DNA of 10,419 nt, from contig JAYVCD010000265.1 of the NCBI GenBank assembly GCA_043750125.1, forward strand, positions 1 to 10,419. The letters are read 5' to 3'. The position numbers and the translations under genes were made by a program. This DNA is from Archangiaceae bacterium (lineage in GTDB: Bacteria; Myxococcota; Myxococcia; Myxococcales; Myxococcaceae). The number at the start of each line of letters is the position of its first letter. The first letter of the stretch is position 1. Shown piece by piece: positions 7,210 through 10,419 of the stretch. The notes under the pieces are model-generated. The model had not been told where the DNA came from, did not search any database, and was given only the letters and a program-made list of their open reading frames with translations.

Positions 7210-7761
7210 ATGGCTTTCTTCGGAGCAGTTGCCGCAGTTCTCTTCGCCTCGGCGCCTGACCCGGTGGTTACCCAAAAAATGGTCGGCCCCATGGGAAACA
7301 TCTACCTGATGGAAGGAAGCTTCGAGGTCACCGCGCCGAGGGACATCGTCTGGTCGGTGCTCACCGACTACGCCAACCACCCGAGCTTCGTTTCCGACCT
7401 GAAGAGCAGCTCGATCAAAGTTCGCAATTCGTACGAGACGATGGTGGCCCAGGAAGCGATCGGGAAGGTCGCGATGTTCAGCGCCACGGTGCAGATGCTG
7501 CTGCAAATGAAGGAAACGCCCAGCACCCAGATCACTTTTTCCGACGTGCTTCGAAAGGACTTCGAGCTGTTCGAAGGCAAGTGGACGCTCAGCCAGGGTC
7601 CCAGGGGACTGCTCATCAACTACGCGCTGCGCTGCAGTCCTCGAGCGAAAGCACCCGGGTTCATCATGGGCCCGATGATGCAAGACAGCACCCGGCGGCT
7701 GATGGTCGCGATGCGCAGCGAGATTGAGAAGCGAGCCGTCGTGACCGTCGCAGGCCGCTAG
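7210..7761 (+). CDS. SRPBCC/START-fold (polyketide cyclase-like) ligand-binding protein, probable signal peptide
   Basis: Motifs 'EVTAPRDIVWSVLTDYANHPSFVSDLKSS' and 'DFELFEGKWTL', plus a C-terminal amphipathic helix. Hydrophobic N-terminus MAFFGAVAAVLFASA|P. Confidence 0.88.
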   Translation: MAFFGAVAAVLFASAPDPVVTQKMVGPMGNIYLMEGSFEVTAPRDIVWSVLTDYANHPSFVSDLKSSSIKVRNSYETMVAQEAIGKVAMFSATVQMLLQMKETPSTQITFSDVLRKDFELFEGKWTLSQGPRGLLINYALRCSPRAKAPGFIMGPMMQDSTRRLMVAMRSEIEKRAVVTVAGR

Positions 7762-8531
7762 GGAAGACTGAGAATCGCTCGACAGGCCGACGCTTCGAAT
7801 ACCCGGGTCTGGGGGGTGCTGGCGTTGACGATGAAGCCCTTGACGGCGCTCTGAATCAAAAACTTGAACAGCGTCTCTCCAACGGCCGAATGCGTCTTGC
7901 AGGCCGAGCCGCCATTGTTGGGCAAACCCCGCAGAAAGTGCTCGGCCAGATCTGGCGCCGTGAACAGCAGCGCGTGCTCACCCTTCTCGCGCATGTTGAT
8001 TCGCACCAGGGCGTTGTCCGTCTTGCCCATGACAAGCAGCCAGCCCGGATACTTTCGCATCGCCTCGGCCCAGCCCACCGCGGTGGTCGAGATCGTCCGT
8101 TCCAGCCCAATTGCATCGGACCACAGACCACACAGCGCAAAGGCGTTGCGTTCGACGAACCACTGCTGCTCGGTGGGTGAGCCCGGGTTGACCTGCAGCA
8201 TCAGCGCTGCCGAGAGCGCGGGAACCTGAAGCAGGTTGGCGAACAGCTCGCTGCCCGGAATCTGGCCGACGTAAGGCCCCATCGGCCCGCGCCCGAATTT
8301 TTCAGCGGCGAGATCGGCCGCCTCGCGGTCGGTAAAGACATTGAGTTGGTGGGTGGCGAGCTGTGATTTTCCAGGCTCGGTGTAGGAAATCACCGGCCCC
8401 GCCGCGGTCCGGGCGAGCGCATGAATCGGAACGTGCCAATCGTCATGAAGCACCAACGCCCGCATCACCGCGGGCGCGTCGAGCTTCTTGAGCGAGTGAT
8501 CGATCAGTGCCTGGCGGGCGGACGCAGCCAT
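7758..8531 (-). CDS. Hypothetical protein with two probable SseB-like domains
   Basis: 257 aa from ATG 8531 (MAASARQAL). The longer 8717 start overlaps the kinase gene and adds only low-complexity residues. Repeated pattern 'WHVP...LNVFTDREAA...GSELFANL...LQVNPGSP' and 'WLLV...LLFTAPDLA...GETLFKFL...FIVNAST' resembles SseB N-terminal-type domains. Confidence 0.65.
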   Translation of the reverse strand: MAASARQALIDHSLKKLDAPAVMRALVLHDDWHVPIHALARTAAGPVISYTEPGKSQLATHQLNVFTDREAADLAAEKFGRGPMGPYVGQIPGSELFANLLQVPALSAALMLQVNPGSPTEQQWFVERNAFALCGLWSDAIGLERTISTTAVGWAEAMRKYPGWLLVMGKTDNALVRINMREKGEHALLFTAPDLAEHFLRGLPNNGGSACKTHSAVGETLFKFLIQSAVKGFIVNASTPQTRVFEASACRAILSLP

Positions 8532-8559
8532 GAGGAAATCACTAACACACCCCTGAGGG

Positions 8560-10419
8560 TTACTTCGCCCGCGGAGGACGCTTCTTCTTCGCCCACTTCT
8601 TCTCGGCCACCGGGCGCTTGGCGAGCCCCCGCGCGGGAGCAAGGGCTGGCGCCTCGGGACCGGCGGCGGTGATTTCGACCCCCGAGACCTGGGGCGCCAC
8701 CGGAATGACGGGCTCAACGACCTTACGAATGGGCGCGACCCTCACCACCGGCATTAGAGCCGGGGGGACAAAAGGGGCCGCGGTGTCCAACGACCAGACC
8801 CACCCCACCGCGAACAGGGCGAGCGCACTGGTGCCCAGCGCGGCGCCCTTCCAAATCCTCTTTCCCCCCGAGCGCACCGAGGAGGGCAGAGGATCGCGCT
8901 CGAAGGCCTCGAGCGCTGCCGCGAGCTCAATCATGGTCTGGAAGCGGGCATTGGGATTGCGCTGCAAACACCGATCGACGATCGCCCGAAGGTCGTTGGG
9001 AATGTCTTCGCCCGAAGCCGAGACCAGGCCCACCGGCCGCGGCTTCTGGGTGACTTTCTGCGCCAGCAGTTGCTCGGGTTGAGTGGCGTCGTGCGGAAAG
9101 CGTCCCTGCAGCAACACGTAGAGCACCGTCCCGAGCGCGTAGATGTCGGCGCGCCCATCGAGTTGGCCCGCCATCGTCTGCTCGGGCGCCATGTACGCCG
9201 GGGTACCCACCACTTCGCCGCTGCGGGTGGTGAGCAGCGACTCGGCGTCGTCGAGCACCTGGGCGATGCCAAAGTCGAGCACCTTGACGAAGTCGAGGTC
9301 TCCGTCGCGCTCGATCAGAAAGAGGTTGTCCGGCTTGAGGTCGCGGTGAATGACGCCCGCCTGGTGCACCGCGGCCAGCGCTCCGCACGCCTGGCGAACG
9401 ATCTTCACCGCCCGCGAGATGCGCAGCGGGGATTTCTTGGCGCGCTCTTTGAGCGTTTCGCCGAACAGCGGTTCCATCACGCAGCAGACCCGGCCGGGTC
9501 CTTCTTCGAGGAAGTCGAAGATCTCGACGAGGTTCGGGTGCTTGACCCGGTTGACGGCCCGGGCTTCCTGAACGAAGCGCTGCAGGTGCAGCGGGTCGGA
9601 CGCGTAGACCGCCTTGAGCGTCTTCAGGGCGACCAGCCGATCGAGCTTCAGATGGCGGGCCAGAAACACCCGACCCATTCCCCCTTCGCCCAGCGGCCTC
9701 AACACTTCGTAGCTGCCGACGATGACCCGCTTCGGCTCGGGCGCCTGGGGCCCGCGCTGGTTCACCGTTTCGCCGATGACGATCGCCGGCTGGCTGGCGG
9801 AGTCTTCGAACGCGACCTGAATGTCGAGCGTCTCGAGCTCATCGCGTTCGAGGTGCAGCTCTTCGAGCGCCATCTGCACTTCGCGCGCGGACCCAAAGCG
9901 GTGCAGAGGCTCTTTGGCCAGACAGCGGCTGACGATCATCGCCAGCGGCGCCGCTGCGGGAGGCAGCACCGGAATCGGCGCGGTCTGATGCAGCAACCGA
10001 ATGGCGTACGGAGGACGGCCGGTAAGCAGCTCGAACAGCAGCACTCCCAGCCCATAGACGTCGCTGCGGACGTCGGCGCGATGGCCGGCCGCGCGCTCGG
10101 GTGACAGGTACGCCTCGGCCACCAAGGTCGAGGCGGGCGGGGTCTTGAACGAGCGGCTGGTTCGAAAGAGCAACAGCCCCATCTCGAGCAGCTTGGGAAT
10201 CGGTCGGTCTGCCGGGCCGGTGAGGTAGACGTTTCGGGGACAGAGGTTGCCGTGCACCACGCTGCGGCAATGCAGGTATTCCAGCGCCGCGCAGATGGAA
10301 GTCAAAATGCGAACCGCTTCGACGGGCTCGTACGGACCGGTCGAGGTGAGGCGGTCCGCGATGGTCGGGCCTTCGATCGCTTCGGTCGCAACGTAGACCC
10401 GGCCATCGGGGCCGCAGCC
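8560..10419 (-). CDS. Tandem-domain Hanks-type Ser/Thr protein kinase (degenerate N-terminal domain + intact kinase + TM); 5' end outside the window
   Basis: Frame is open to the window edge (GCGPDGRVYVATEAIEGPTIADRL...). Domain 2 has GEGGMG, VALK, HRDLKPDN, DFG and GTPAYMAPE. Domain 1 has HGNLCPRN, EMG, YLSPE and SDVYGLG. A hydrophobic segment AALGTSALALFAVGWVWSL precedes a Pro-rich, Lys-rich tail. Confidence 0.95.
   Translation of the reverse strand, partial: GCGPDGRVYVATEAIEGPTIADRLTSTGPYEPVEAVRILTSICAALEYLHCRSVVHGNLCPRNVYLTGPADRPIPKLLEMGLLLFRTSRSFKTPPASTLVAEAYLSPERAAGHRADVRSDVYGLGVLLFELLTGRPPYAIRLLHQTAPIPVLPPAAAPLAMIVSRCLAKEPLHRFGSAREVQMALEELHLERDELETLDIQVAFEDSASQPAIVIGETVNQRGPQAPEPKRVIVGSYEVLRPLGEGGMGRVFLARHLKLDRLVALKTLKAVYASDPLHLQRFVQEARAVNRVKHPNLVEIFDFLEEGPGRVCCVMEPLFGETLKERAKKSPLRISRAVKIVRQACGALAAVHQAGVIHRDLKPDNLFLIERDGDLDFVKVLDFGIAQVLDDAESLLTTRSGEVVGTPAYMAPEQTMAGQLDGRADIYALGTVLYVLLQGRFPHDATQPEQLLAQKVTQKPRPVGLVSASGEDIPNDLRAIVDRCLQRNPNARFQTMIELAAALEAFERDPLPSSVRSGGKRIWKGAALGTSALALFAVGWVWSLDTAAPFVPPALMPVVRVAPIRKVVEPVIPVAPQVSGVEITAAGPEAPALAPARGLAKRPVAEKKWAKKKRPPRAK

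Noticed and set aside
8532..8717. Arg/Pro-rich 62-aa extension of the SseB-like ORF
   Set aside because: Mostly an out-of-frame overlap with the kinase 3' end; protein-like composition starts at ATG 8531.
9070..10104. 344-aa + strand ORF
   Set aside because: Antisense shadow of the high-GC3 kinase gene.
8560..10419. Kinase as a defence-system component (e.g. BREX PglW-like)
   Set aside because: No NERD domain or defence-gene neighbours are visible, and the C-terminal TM fits a signalling kinase. The missing N-terminus cannot be assessed.
1..10419. CRISPR array, tRNA, rRNA, riboswitch or intrinsic terminator
   Set aside because: I found no regularly spaced direct repeats or recognisable RNA gene motifs, and the intergenic stems lack U-tracts. 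A covariance-model search was not possible.

Overview
GC-rich bacterial DNA; the Hanks-type tandem kinase and NRPS content suggest a myxobacterium or relative, but this is inference. The left two-thirds is a minus-strand block: EamA/YedA-type exporter, a 147-bp gap with a sigma70-like promoter and palindromes, then a tightly coupled operon of a MATE-fold transporter, two FtsX/MacB-type ABC permeases, and an NRPS starting with an A-T module (<1..1702). That NRPS is absent from the ORF track because it runs off the window edge. Upstream of the EamA gene is a ~400-bp IS5-like transposase remnant with CAG...CTG ends and an apparent TA duplication. The right part holds a START/SRPBCC protein (+) converging on a tandem SseB-like protein and a membrane-anchored pseudokinase-kinase (-, 5'-truncated). 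The best candidate for an unusual system is the NRPS export module: the MATE seems to lack its canonical cation-coupling residues and sits where the ATPase/adaptor genes of the permease pair normally lie. All family calls come from manual motif reading, not database searches.
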